Origin: Felis catus
Lineage: Eukaryota
Reading direction: 5' to 3'
DNA: 64,000 nucleotides
NCBI RefSeq assembly: GCF_018350175.1
Contig: NC_058368.1
Coordinates: 22,322,001 to 22,386,000, forward strand
In this document: piece after piece, positions 23,748 to 37,700 of the stretch
How positions within the stretch are numbered: position 1 is the first letter of the stretch
How the letters are laid out: every line of letters begins with the position of its first letter
Notes under the pieces: generated by a model
What the model was told of the DNA's origin: nothing
Databases searched by the model: none
What the model saw: the letters and a program-made list of their open reading frames with translations, nothing else
Made by a program: the position numbers and the translations under genes

Positions 23748-24935
23748 TAGAATCCTACGTCACTTTATATTCATCTGCATAAATGCAGAACAATTTGTCA
23801 TAACCTTATTATAAACAATAGTACAATGTGATAAGGAGAAAGAAGAGAAGAACTATGAATGATAAACTAGTTATTCTACCTGAGGTTAATTATTGCCACA
23901 AAACTGTATAATCATAATGACACAGCTTCTTAACATGTATTATCTAATTTAGTGACCACAGATATCTTATAAACAAAGTAACTCTCAGAAGTGTGACAGG
24001 TGAGGAATCCTGATAAATTATCCATCATTTTGTAATGTATGTCATGGATGCCTCTATTTGCAAAATTAGCAAATTTTACAAATAGAGTATCATAAAATGA
24101 TTAGTACTTCATTGGGCTATAAAAATGAAATTCTTCAGTATCTTCAAATTTCACAAAAACAAATGATTGTGCTCTTAGGTTTGTACTTATCTCAAAGGTA
24201 CTGCTGGCTTCCAATCCCTAATCCCTTTATGAAATCAGAGTTCAGCCCTGACAGTTTCACTACACTCTTTCTTCCCCAGGTTCTTTCACTTCTTACATCC
24301 CTAATAACAGAGCTGTTGCCATGATCAAGACTCCCCTGACACAATATATCAGCCAGCCAGTTCTCTATCATTCTTTAGTGCAAATGTTGGGAACTTCTAA
24401 TGCCTGGTTTGAGTTAACAGAGTCAACAGTGGGTGAAGAGTTGATAAAAGCATTTGAATGTCCACCAACAGTTCAACTTCTCACATTCTGAAGAGACATG
24501 CAGAACTAGTGAACATTTTAAGTGTATTCTAAACCTAAATATTAAATACTACTAATATTTACGTTACTTAAGTAGTAAACAAACATATGCTTGAAACATG
24601 TTTTGGGTAAGATACCTAACCCAAAGGGCAGATTAGCATTGACAATGACTATAGATAATACTATAAATTATTCTCACAAATAGGCTATGATGATACATGG
24701 AAATATTTATTCAAAAATGTTATATTAAAACATAACACAAAAAAGATATAATGAAAATGTCACTGATTAAAGGTCTAAATATGCTGAGTATATTCATTAA
24801 TAAAGCATGTAAAAATCTCTAAGAACATAATAAAAATTTAATGCTCCCTAAACTCTTTGATAGTAAAAAGGTACAAAGGCTTAGAGAAGTTATGGAAGAC
24901 TGACGAAATTTTAAGGGATCAAATATAAAAATATT

Positions 24936-25061
24936 GGGGTGTCTGGTGGCTCAGTGGGGTAAGGGGGATGACTCTTGATTTTGGCTCAGGTCATGATCTC
25001 ACAGTTTATGGGATCAAGCCCCGAGTCAGGCTGTGCACTGACAGTTTGGAACCGGCTTGGG

Positions 25062-25101
<40 letters not shown>

Positions 25102-25160
25102 TCCCATCCTCGCTCACACTATCTCTCAAAATAAATAAAAAATAAACTTAAAAAAATAAA
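24936..25160 (+). mobile_element. Can-SINE with (CT)n
   Basis: Head, (CT)n, A-rich tail. Confidence 0.93.
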
Positions 25161-26248
25161 AAATAATTTTAAATATAAAATTATTTACTTGGGGAAGGAA
25201 GTAAGTTTCAAAAAAAAAAAGCAGAATAGCAGAAAAGACATCTCTGGAGTGAGGAAGGAAAGAAAAGGACAAAGGAGCATAGACACCAGAGACTGGAAAG
25301 TCTGACATGAATACCTCTAAACAAACCGAGTATACAGTTTTGGAAAAGTTGGAAGCTGAAGGAGACCTGAGATATCATTTAGTTTAAACCAGATTTACTT
25401 TTAAAAAGTAAACTAAGAGGTGATCATTAGTATTACTGAAAAAGTTCTTCATTTTACAAAACCATTCAACCAACTGTTCTATTATATAGTAAACTCCCAG
25501 TGCATTTACTCAATTTACATCAATTAGCCACTTACAGTGAGGCAAATTCAAATGAACATTTATAATAAAAAAATATAGAACTGAGGTACCACCCTGGAAT
25601 CTGAACTAATGAATAAAAGTGCCAAAATTTATTTATTTATGCTTTGTCTACACAAATAAATTTTATTTAAATGTCAGGAATAATCACTACTTAATAATAT
25701 CTGTGTATATTCTAAAGGAAAAACAATAGTAAGTGAGCAATATTTTTAAAATACAATCCATATGTATAAATTATATCTTACTATCTTAATTTTCAACTGT
25801 TACTAATCACTGCTAGATACAACTTTGAAAATACTATTTTGCATTTCAAAGATAATAAAGAACTCCTTTGTCATCTGTTTCAATTTTACCTAACTGCTGT
25901 TGGTCTAAGTTTCTTACATGTAAAATGAGAATAAGAAAGTATCAATCTTATACCTGCTTCACAGCACGATTAAAGAGTATTAGATGAAAAGATGTACACT
26001 AGATGAAAGGAAAGATAACTTGCAATCACCCTGGGAACTTTTCAAAACACTGTATAGATATTTAGGTCTGTCTCCAAAGGGTGAGGAGTCTGGGATTTTC
26101 TCCCTAGTTTGAACCCCAGAGAAATAATCAATCTTTCTAATGTAATTAGTCATAAACTGCTAAGATGGCCATCTGGAAAACCATGGTATTATTTATTACT
26201 CCAGAAAGTTTCACTACTTTAAAACCTAAAGGATCAGTTAAGGTTGGT

Positions 26249-26335
26249 GGGGTGCTTCGCTGGCTCAATAGGTAGAGCATGTGACTCTTGATCTCGGGGT
26301 CATGAGATCAAGCCCCATGAAGGTGTGGAGGTTGC
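26249..26335 (+). mobile_element. Short old tRNA-Lys-like Can-SINE
   Basis: ggctcaataggtagagcatgtgactcttgatctcggggtcatgagatcaagcccc. Confidence 0.75.
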
Positions 26336-26869
26336 TCCTAATATTCTATAATCTCTAAAGGAAAAAACAAAAACTCCCAAGATGTTATAAGATGTTATAA
26401 GTGATTTGTTCTGTGCAGTTAACAAAAATTGAACCTTCTGAATTTAGGGAGTACTTAAGTTTAATTCTATAAAACTCTAATAGTTTAAATTGTTTATTTT
26501 GAAGAATATATACCTCATATGAAATGTTTAAGGTTATATTAATTTCTAAAAATGTTCACCTATATTTTCATAAAAAATAACTTACAAAACCAAATACAAT
26601 CACTGAAAAAATAAAGAGGAAAATGTTTATGGATGGAATCAATCTTGCAGATGTAATTTAATTTTCTCCTTTCTACAAGGACATGGAACTTGCATTCTTC
26701 ATTATACATTAAGACTGACATTAAGTCAGGTCTGAGAAGAACAAAGTACCTCACATTTCTATTTCTGAAACCCAGCAGAAGTTTTAGCAGACAGAGCCAA
26801 AAAATCAACCCAAAAATCAAAAACATATATTCATGCTCTTCAATATTTACAAATGTATTATTTTGGCTA

Positions 26870-27275
26870 TCATCTTAGTTTGCTTAGCTGCCATAACAAA
26901 GTTCCACAGACTGGGGGGGTGCTTAAACAGAAATTTGTTCTCTCATAATTCTGGAGGCTAGAAGTTTGAGATCAAGTTGTTGGCATGGTTGGTTTCTTCT
27001 GAAGGCTCTCTCCTTGGCTTGCAGATGGTTACATTCCTCCTATGTTTTCACATGGTCTTCCCTCTATGTGTCTTTGTCCTAATATTCTCTTACAGGACAC
27101 TGGTAAAAAGGAAAGTTCTATTGGATTAGGGCCTTCCCTAATGACCTCATTTTAGCTTAATTACCTTTTTAAAGACCCAATCTCCAAATACAGTCACACT
27201 CTGCAGTACTGAGGGTTAGGACTTCAACATATGAATTTCGGGGTGGGGTAAGAAAAACACAATTCAGCACAAACA
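26870..27275 (-). mobile_element. MLT1A/B LTR
   Basis: tcttagtttgcttagctgccataacaaa...ttctggaggctagaag...gagggttaggacttcaacatatgaattt. Confidence 0.85.
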
Positions 27276-28299
27276 GCAACCCTCAGATTACACAAAGCAC
27301 GTGAACAAAATTCTCTGTAGCATCTAATCCTTGTCCTGTTTTTTTATTCACCTGCTTCTTCAGGCTTGCTCAAGGGTGCCAACTTAATGAGGTTGTGAGT
27401 AATAATAAAATGGAAAATCCTTTGGGCCTTGTACCCTTGAATAATAGTTAACATACCTTGAGCAATGTAATTTCCCAATCTATGACTGAAGGCTTTCAAA
27501 TTAACTCAACACTCACAGGGTTATTTTGATGACTGAGTTAACATATGTCAAGTGCTTAAGACAGTGAATGGTATACAGTAAACACTATTTGTACATGTTA
27601 GCTATTGTTACTATAAGCACCATATATTTAAGTCTTAGTATTATTATTTTTATCAGTGTAGACCTGTTACTTTAAGGATCTGCCCCCAGCCTAGAAGAAG
27701 TTGATCAATTGTGACATAAGAAAGATAATATACCCAGAACACAATGTTTAAGAGATTTCTCCTGAACTGGTCTGGGACCGGCCTGCCTCTGACTTTCCAT
27801 ATTTTCTTGTACTGATCCTTTAGCTTTTTAGTCATCAACCTACTCTATTCCTCTCACTCCAGGGTTCCATGGTCAATAGCTTCACTCTCATTTACTGGTC
27901 TGTGACTTACTTACTATTCTCTAGCATGACTACTGATTCAGACTTGACTTCTGCTAACTAATGTTTCCTATGTTGAACCTCCATGCCTGAGGACTTAGTC
28001 TGTAAACAAAAAATTTCTTCTTCAGGTAATTCTACTTATTTCTTCAAGATGCTGACATCCTAAAGCAGAGTTAAATTATTCCTGTAATAGGGCCCACAGC
28101 ACTTTGTATATCCTCCAGTATAACACTTAGCACATAACTATATTGTTTACATGTGTCACCTCCACTACATTCGCCCTTCATAAGATGTCAATCTATTTAT
28201 TTTACAGTTTTAGAGGCTACAAAAGTTGAACAAATGTTTGCTGAATTAACTACTATCCATCTCTAAATAACTCCTAAATCTTTTCCTCTGGCTTTGAGA

Positions 28300-28525
28300 C
28301 CAAGGCTAGCTGATAAAACTTTCTGTGATGATGGAAATATTCTATATGCTGTCTGGTATATAGCCCCCTGCTACATGTACCTATACATACGGTCTGTGTG
28401 TGTACATAAGTGCTACTGAACTTTTAAAATGCAACTAGTGAAAATGATAGACTGAATCTGCAAGCTTATTTACCTTTAATTTAATTAATTTAAATTAGTA
28501 GTTAATGGCTACCATATCAGATGGT
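28300..28525 (+). mobile_element. MER3-like hAT-Charlie MITE
   Basis: aactttctgtgatgatggaaatattctata...tttaattaatttaaat...tggctaccatat. Confidence 0.75.
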
Positions 28526-29197
28526 ATAATGTTAGATTTGTCAAGCTCCAAAATGACTTTTCAAACTACCTTTTCTGTATTTATTTGCCTTGATAAACTG
28601 CAGGCACCTCAACTTTCTAAATTTGAATTGATTATCTGACTTTCCTAGGAAATTAAGCTGAGAAATACATTTCATCTAAATATACTATCAACTCACAAAA
28701 AAGTCTGAATTACTTACACATCAAAGTGTAAACTGATTTGATTATAAAAACTTTAAATCAAATTTTATTTGCATTTCACTAGACCCTGTCAATCTATAGA
28801 TACAATGGCTGATGTAACATATTTCAACAAACGTTTAAATAAAGATTAATCTTTGGAAAGAAAAGGACAATTATCAAATTACTAAACATGAGTTTAGTTT
28901 TTAGTTCTATGAAGGATAATAACTTGCAAACTTAGTTAAGAATATATGCTTGATACCAGCATGTAGACAACTGAGATCTGTCAACCATCTACCCATTTAA
29001 TGCATTTTTTGGCAAATAATAAATGAGCAACTAGTATATGTTAGTTTGTGGAGATGGGTATACAAGTATGAATCCATACAGGAGACAGTTACAACAATTA
29101 TAATGCTAATATAGAAGAGTACAGGGTACTCTGCAAATTTTATTGACTACCTATTGCTTATTATCTCAAACTCAAAACTTACAGCATTTAAGACTCT

Positions 29198-29604
29198 TTT
29201 AAAAAAAATGTTTATTTTAAGAGACAGCACATGCAAGTGCAAGTGGGGGAAGGGCAGAAGGAGAGGGAGAGACTCTCCCAAGCAGGCTCCAAGTCCAGTG
29301 TGGAGGCTATGCAGGGCTCAATCCCACGACTGTGAGATCATGACCTGAGCCCAAATCAAGAGTCAGACACTTAACCGACTGAGGAACCCAAGCCCCCTCC
29401 CCCACTTTTAAAAGTTTTTATTTATTTATTTTGAGACAGAGAGAAAGCACAAGCAAGGGAGGGGCAGAGAGAGAGAAGAGCGAGTGAGAATCCCAAACAG
29501 GCTCCGTACTGTCAGCATGGAGCCTGACATGTCGCTCCAACTCATGAACCATGAGACCTGAGCTGAAGTCAATGTTCAACCAACTGAGCCACTCAGGCAC
29601 CCCC
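29198..29604 (-). mobile_element. Two tandem Can-SINEs (29198-29396, 29415-29604)
   Basis: Two SINE bodies with tails. Confidence 0.92.
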
Positions 29605-29799
29605 CAAGCACCCCTTGAAACTTTATCAACTATCTTATCTGTAATGTCTAAGGTAATGTCTTTCATTTCAAACATACAGAAAAGTAGAGAGTATATATCT
29701 ATCAGTGTCTGGAAGCAACCAGATTTACCATGTTGCCAAATTTGTCTCAAATGCTCTTCTGAAAGAGACATGTAAGTTTACAGATCTTTCTGAATTTGG

Positions 29800-30330
29800 G
29801 ATATCTTTCTTATCCTTAATACTTTTAATGTGCATGCTTGCATACATCCACTATTAGTATATACCATCATTTTGTGAGTTTGTTTCTTAGTTTATATCAG
29901 CGGCATCATGTTTTACATATCTCTAATTTGCTATTTAATATTGTAATTGAGATTTATCCATAGTATAAATTCAGGCAAAGAAGTATATAGTATTCCATTG
30001 TATTAATCCTCCCAATTCTATTCATTTCTCTCATGGATATTTAGATTGTGTCCACATCTTTCATTATTACAACACAGTGCAATGAATAATCTTGCACAGG
30101 TACTCTTATACATATGCATAAGATTTTCTGCAGGATAAATATCTACAAGTATGTATGTTAGATTTTAGATGTGCACCTTTTCAGCTTTATTAAATATTGC
30201 CAGATCATTCCCCCCAAAAAGGCTGCCCCAGCAGTGTATAAGAGATTACACTGATCTACGGCCTTTCTATATTGTCAGATTTCTTAATATTTTACATCCT
30301 CATTGAGGTTTTAATTTGAATTTCCCTCCT
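29800..30330 (-). mobile_element. Old L1ME 3' fragment
   Basis: atagtattccattgta; cattattacaacacagtgcaatgaataatcttg; atattgccagat. Confidence 0.6.
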
Positions 30331-31379
30331 TCAAAACACAGTTCCAACCTACTTTCTTCCCCCAAATCTTTCATTAGTCCCATGAATTATCCCCAAGAAG
30401 ATAGGGTGCTTTGTCTGTATATAGCTAGTATGTGGCCAACTTTGCAGCTAACATGAAATTCTTTTCCTTAAGCACTCATTAATGTGCCACTTAAGTTTGT
30501 CAGCTGTTTTAACTTTAAAATGCCAATTTCAAAATTATGTAAGTATGAAGACTATTAAGTGGCCAATAATATGTCAATTTCAATATTATATAGGTATAAA
30601 GACTATTAAGTACTCAATAATATGTGTATAGACACATATGAGACATTGGGATTGATGCTTTATAAGTATTTTATTCAGACATTTCCTAAAAAAGAAGGCA
30701 TAATGGATAATTTAGAGCCATGTTGAAATAAAAAAGAAAATACTTTCTTCAAGTGTAACTAAGTATTTCTAAGGCAATACTTGATGAGAAAAGCCTTTTA
30801 TATCACTTTCAGTCCTTACCCATATACTGGGTTATAATACTGTATATGTATGGGGGAGGCAGGAATATAACAATTGTGAATCAATAGGGGCAGACACTGT
30901 GTGTTGTACTTAGTATTTCTTACATGACATAATCTAGTAGTGGTTACCTTAGTTAATGCTTGTGAAATTGAACTGTATTTAAGTTCCTAAAAATATATGA
31001 TATGTGAAATGACCATCATATCTAACCAATTTTAAATCTAAAGATTTACAATTTGTCATGATTACAATACAATCATGATTCCTACCTACCCATGTGAAGC
31101 AGGCAAGAGGAAAATATTTAAGAGACAATTTAAAATATGGAAGAAAATATCAATGGTGGCCATAAAATATTTTTTTCTGATAACATTTTAAGGAAGGCAG
31201 AAAATGAGGGAAACATGAACTATTATTACTTTAAAATAATTTTTAAACAACCAAACAACAGTGTGAGTTGGCTAATTTTGAACTCATTAGACAAATTATT
31301 TTCAAAATTATTCCAGAGAGATGACTCTCCTCATGTACCTCACCAAAAATCAAAAACCAAAACCAAAAAGCCAAAACTT

Positions 31380-31760
31380 AGGAAATGTTCAAGAATGTTT
31401 TTGAAGAATTATTTGTGACAGTAAAAACTGCAAACAATCCAAGCTTCCATTAGTACTAGAATGAAGCAATTGATGTATATTCATGTAATGGAATATTATG
31501 TAACAAATACCTATAAGTGGTAACATGGATGAATCTCATACATGAACTGTTGAACAAAAACCCAAGGACAAAATAATACATATTGTGTAATTCTATTTAT
31601 ATACAATTCAGAAACAGGCTAAATTAATCTTTGGTTTGAGGAGGAAAAAGGGGATACTGCTTAAGAGAGAGGAAGTACTTCCTGGGAAGGGATACAAGGA
31701 AGCAGCTGCACAAAAATGATTTATGCACTCTTCTGATTATGTTGGCCTTAAATAAAAGCA
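31380..31760 (+). mobile_element. Old L1M 3' fragment
   Basis: tatattcatgtaatggaatatta; acatggatgaatctca; aataatacatattgtgtaattctatttata. Confidence 0.65.
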
Positions 31761-31783
31761 TTCTTAAAACTTTGAACAGTTCA

Positions 31784-31955
31784 GGGGTGCTTGGTGGCTC
31801 AGTTGGTTAAGTGTCCGACTTTGGCTCAGGTCAGCTCAGGTCGTGGTTCGTGAGTTTGAGCCCCACATGGGGCTCTCTGCTGTCAGCATAGCTGTCTGTG
31901 CCCCCCCCCACCCCCCCAGCTCGTTCTCTCTCTGAAAATAAATTAATTTAACAAA
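31784..31955 (+). mobile_element. Can-SINE
   Basis: Head with a local gctcaggtc duplication, tail. Confidence 0.9.
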
Positions 31956-32754
31956 AACTTTAAGCAGTTCAGATAAAGCATAATTTGCCTTTCCACCTCT
32001 TTCAACCAATCCCTTTCTCCTGAGAAGAACCACTGAACAGATGGGTGTGTATCTGTTCAGACCTTTTTTCCCTATGAGATATATACATACATATACATAT
32101 ATATGCATATATACATGTACATTTTAAATTGCATGTTCTTTTTCTGTTTCTCAATTGATAGAACTTTTTTTTATTGAAAATGTGATAAATGCACATTAAA
32201 AAATATTCAAATAGTACAAAAGGGTGTATGGCAAAATTTAGACTCTTCTTTCTGGGGTGGGTCCCTGTTTATAATATCTTGTATATTTTCTGTCATGTGT
32301 TTAGACGTATATGTATATTTTTCCCATTTTCAATATTATTTTTTGAAAAATCACACAAATGAAGCATTTTAGGAATATGAACCTTGAGCACTCTATCTGG
32401 TGATAGATTATATAGGAGTACTCTGAATATATAATCACTACAGTTTATTAATGAAAGGGAAATGTTACAAATTGAAAATGCACACTACAACTTTTATTTG
32501 TACCTATTTATAATTTCTGACAAAAAAAGATCTTGCCTTAAAAAAATCTTGTTTTATATTAAGCGAATACATACAAGAAAAATCATGAGAAAAATAATCC
32601 TTGTAAGCAGGCTTTTCATTTAATATCTCTTATTACAGAAGAGCAAAGAATTTTTAGAATTCTGTGGATAGTTTTCATTTGAATGTCCCTATTTACTCAG
32701 TGCTGCTTATAAGCTATTCTTTATTTCCTCCTCATGTCAGCCCAAATTATATTT

Positions 32755-32983
32755 CTTTTTTTTCTTTTTTTTTTAAATGTATTTATTTTTGACAGAGATT
32801 GAGAGAGAGACAGATCATGAGTGGGGGAGTGGCAGAGAGAGAGGGAGACACAGAATCTGAAGCAGGCTCCAGGCTCTGAGCTGTCAGCACAGAGCCTGAT
32901 GTGGGGCTCAAACTCACGGACCTTGAGATCATGACCTGAGCCAAAGTCGGACGTTCAACGGACTGAGCCACCCATGTGCCCCC
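32755..32983 (-). mobile_element. Can-SINE
   Basis: SINE body; TSD ttatatttctt. Confidence 0.95.
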
Positions 32984-33404
32984 AACGTTATATTTCTTAA
33001 AAGTCAACATTTCCTACAGGATTATAGGGCACAAGGGTTGATTAACTACAGTCACTTAATTAGAGGGTTAGGAATTATTCTAACTACACCAGAATATCTA
33101 GTAGTTAATCTAACAGAAAATCAATTGTTTTTAGAGTAGAAACCATCAAAATTCCATGACCATTATATTTCATTTAAGATATTGTTCCCTTAAAATCTGA
33201 TGACCTTTCACAATAGAATTAAATATATACATATATATTTCACTAAAATACTATAAAATATTTAATATTTTAACTTATAATTTTGCTGTATTAGTTTTAA
33301 TTATATGAAAGCATGTTGCTATTCACTTCTCAGATGAAATAATTTGCCAATTTTTACTTTCTTGAAAACAGGAAGAGATACATACTTTAAAAATGAACAA
33401 ATGA

Positions 33405-33610
33405 GGGGCGCCTGAGTGGCTCTGTCTGTTAAGCGTCCGACTTCGGCTCAGGTCATGATCTCGCGGTTTGTGAGCTCGAGACGTGCGTCGGGCTCTGTGC
33501 TAACAGCTTAGAGCCTGGAACCTACCTCGAATTCTGTGTCTCCTTCTCTCTCTGCCCCTCCCCTGCGCACGCTCTGTCTCTCAATAACAAATAAACGTTT
33601 AAAAAAAAAA
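33405..33610 (+). mobile_element. Can-SINE
   Basis: TSD aaaaatgaacaaatga. Confidence 0.95.
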
Positions 33611-35177
33611 TGAACAAATGAAATGATATTGGTCCCAGTAAGAATACTGTGATACAGTGCCAAATTTTATGCCAAATATAAATTTCTAGTTTGTTTACAC
33701 CCTTTGTAACTTTTTTTTAAATGATATTTTAGGAAGCTTTTTTTTTCTTTAAATAGACTACCTTAAAATTTACACCCAATTTATAAATCTTATTTTGTTA
33801 TTTCTTACAACAAGAACCAGCACAATAATTTGCACATAGATAGTACATGAATAAGTGAGATGATTTTTTTTCAATGCAGCATGGCTTAATGTCAGAATTT
33901 TTAAAATTATGTGTTCATAAAAAAGGTGATAATATAAGCAGATTTTCAGATCTGTATCTATGTGGAAGGCTTTTTGTATCTCTAAGGAAAAGTTAATAGT
34001 TAATACTGACATTTTCAAAAAATATTTGACTTTCTTATGTAACATCATAGAAAGTGGCATGGTGTAGACATTCTGGAGAAACAAACTCTAATGGGAAAGA
34101 AGAGATTGATTTAATGTTTAAATTCTAACCTTTCTAAAAACTTTTAAGAATGAGACAATTAACAAACAGCTATTTTGTTTGCCAGGCAAAGCTACAGAGC
34201 AATTAGAAGACTAATTTGGGCCATGAAATTTCTAGGATTAAAGGTCTGGATTAGAATTCTGAGGCCAAAAATTATTGTCACAAAGGTGTGAGCTATTATT
34301 TTAGAGTCTCAGTAATCTCACCCCTAAGATTTACTAAATGTTTATAGTTTGGTCAGTAAAGAACTTGACTCAATATGTAACACAATGCAAGAGCTCAAAT
34401 GGTAGCTATTATTTTTATTTTTTCTACTTATATATTTCCCAAACACCTCAAATTAAATTGAAGATCTCTCATACTCTCTCAAATCTGCTCCTTCTGTTTG
34501 CCTTATTCTAGAAGATTTTATTATTTTCCCAAAGATTTGTGACTTCTCCCTTGGGCAAGATTATCCTTCCCCACTTACTGATCACATGTTTTGCCATGTG
34601 ATTTGCACTGGATAATGAAACATGGGTGGAGGTCAGCATGTAGGTCACCATTATCTTTGCCATGATACCATCAACATTCTACATATAGGCTGGAACACAG
34701 CCACAAATGACCTCTTAAAGATGTGTAGTGTAAGCAATAAGCCTTTTGGTAAACTTGGGATTTACAGGATGTTTGTAACCATGAAGGAACCTTGCCTATC
34801 CTGACTGATTAGATTTATCTTAGTGAACATGGCCTTGACATCCACCTAAATATTCAAAGAAGGAGTCTGGGAAAATTTTTACCCTCTCTCTCAGTTTTGT
34901 TCTTTGGCCAGTTGTTCAATTCTGGTCAATTCTACCTCCCTAATATTTCTCAAATTGTGCATCATTAATATGACCTTAATCCAAGTTTTATTTTTTATCT
35001 ATTACTACAATATTTTCTTTCTCCAGGTTTGCTCCCCTTAAGCATTTTAATCTGCATTAGTAAGATTAATGCATTTATTTTCTCTTAAATACTTCAAATG
35101 CATGTCACAATTGTAAGAGCTTAAACAGTTATAAATTCATAAATGTCATAAAACTGAAATTTTCTTAAACACTTAGA

Positions 35178-35395
35178 TTTTTTTTTTATTGTTTATTTAT
35201 TATTAAGAGACAGAGGGAGACAGAGCATGAGCATCAGAGGGGCAGAGAGAGGGGGAGACACAGAATCAGAAGCAGGCTCCAGGATCTAAGCAAGCTGTCA
35301 GCACAGAGCCCGATGTGGGGCTCAAACTCACAAACCACGAGATCATGACCTGAGCCGAAGTCGGATGCTTAACTGACTGGGCCACCCTGGTGCCC
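35178..35395 (-). mobile_element. Can-SINE
   Basis: TSD ttcttaaacactt. Confidence 0.95.
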
Positions 35396-35634
35396 TTCTT
35401 AAACACTTTAATTGCTTAAATACCAAATACATACAGATTATTTCAGTAATATTGATTATGTCAGTAATGACACTCATTTCTAAACTTAACACAAAAGTAT
35501 TAATAGCATAAGACTGATTTACTTCATTGTTTCTATGCTTAAGTCAAAGAGAACTCTAGGTCCAAAGGGCTTCACTGAACAAGTTCTACCAAATACTTAA
35601 GGAAGATATCCAAGGATTTTTTTTTGTTTTTTTT

Positions 35635-36115
35635 TTAAATAGATTCCCCATATAAGTGAGATAATACAGTATTTGTCTTTCTCTGTTTGACTTACTTCAC
35701 TTAGTATAATGACCTCAAGGTCCATCCACATTGTGGCAAATGGCAGGATTTTTCTTCTTTTTTATGACCTAATAATATTTCATGTATGTATGTATGTATG
35801 TATGTATGTATGTATATACAAACACATATACCACAACTTCTTTACCCATTTCATCCATTGATGGATACTTAGGATTGTTTCCATATCTTGGTTTCCATAC
35901 ATGAGGGCACAGACAGCTTTTTGTTAGTGATTATTTCCTTCAGATCAATACCCAGAAGAACTGCTGGAACATATGGTAGCTATATTTTTAATTTTTTGAG
36001 GAACCTCCATACTATTTTCCATAGTGGCTGCACCAATTTATATTCCCACCAACAATGCACAAGAGTTTCTTTTTCCCTGTATCCTCACCAACATTTATTA
36101 TTTCTTGTTTGCCAC
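35635..36115 (-). mobile_element. L1 3' fragment with a (TATG)n microsatellite
   Basis: agattccccatataagtgagataatacagtatttgtc; ttttgaggaacctccatact; (tatg)n at about 35783-35815. Confidence 0.88.
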
Positions 36116-36729
36116 AGTTATTAAAACTAGCCAATCCTAAACTGTTACTCTACCCTGATTTACCTTTCTTGCAGAAACACCAATAATGGCTTTCGCCTAG
36201 CCTTTCCTCTTGCTCTTGTTTCTGCCTCCTGACCAAAACCTGAAGCTTTCTCCATGCCCTGGTGTGCCCCCTTCTTTCAGGAAATAGAAGTAAAAAAATT
36301 TCTTTCAATAGCATTAGCCTCTCCATGTTATTACTCAGTCATCTCCATAAATTAAAAGCCTGCAGGTACAAATGAGACAACTATAAAATAACAATAACAA
36401 AAAGATTAATGAAATGGAGAAGATTCTGGGGGAAAAAAAGCCAGATAAGCTGAGTTTTGACAGATCTTAACCCAAAGTTTAAATGCGCTCAATCATTTTA
36501 GAAGATACATAAATAGAAATTAGAGAAGGTAAAGTTAAATAAGGAATCTGCTGAGCCACATAAGAAACCAAAATACCTGAACTTTTCTTTTGATGGTGGC
36601 AACAGTGAACATTGCATGGTGCTTGATGCAAATGCAGATTTGGAGGTGCTAACAGGATAGCACAAGCACTCACATATGCTTTACCTCCTCTATCAGGAAA
36701 GGATATAATCTCAAATCAAGCACAAGCTT

Positions 36730-37700
36730 GGGAATGAGCAATGGTGCAGCCATTTTGGAAAATAAGCTCGCAATATCTAATAAAGTTAAACATAGGCTTA
36801 CCATACAATACAGCAATTATGTTCTTAGGTATTCACCCCATTGAGTTGAAAACTTATGTCCATCCAAAACCTGCAAGTGAATTTTTTTTATAGTTTATTT
36901 ATTTTATTTTGAGAGACAGAACGTGCTTGAGCAGGGTAGGGGCAGAGAGATAGGGAGAGAGAGAATCCCAAGCAGGCTCCGCGCAGAGCCCTGACATGGG
37001 CTGTGAGATTATGATCTCGGCCAAAATCAAGAGTGGGATGCTCAACTGACTGAGTCACCCAGGTGCTCCGGACCTGCATATGAATGTTTAAAGCAGCTTT
37101 ACTTACAGTTGCTAAAAACTGGAAAGAATCAAGCTGTCCTTCAATAGGTGAATGGATCAACAAACTGGTACATTCATGAATGAAGTATTATCCAATAATA
37201 AAAATAAAAGTTATTAAGCCACAAAAAGAAACTATCTAGACCATATTGCTAAATGAAAAGAAGATGGTCTGAAAAGGCTACATACTCTATGAATCCAACT
37301 AAATGACATTCTGGAAAAGATAAAAGTATAGGAACAGTAAAAATATTAGTGTTACCAGGGGTGGATGGGGTGGGGGAAAGTGGGATGGAGAAAGGAATGA
37401 ATTGATAGAGCATAGGGGGGATTTTTAGGGCAGTGAAACTATTTGTTATGATAATGGTGATATATGATATTATACATCTGTCAAAACCCATACAATTGTA
37501 TTATACCAAGAGTGAACCTTCATGTAAACTGTGGAACTTTATCAATATTGGCTTGTTAATTGTACCAAATATAGCACACTAATATAAAATGTTAACAATA
37601 GGGAAAACTATGTGGAAGAGGTGGTATGAAAGAAGTTCTTTGCTCAACTTTTCTGTAAAACTCAAACTACTATAAAAATAAAAGTCTATTAATAAAAAGG
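36730..37700 (+). mobile_element. L1MC 3' end with a minus-strand Can-SINE inserted at 36883-37068
   Basis: aaaggctacatactctatgaatccaact; agagtgaaccttcatgtaaactgtgga; SINE TSD acctgca..tgaat. Confidence 0.85.

Noticed and set aside
26249..26335. tRNA-Lys gene
   Set aside because: Degenerate stems and a SINE-type 3' extension indicate an old tRNA-derived SINE.
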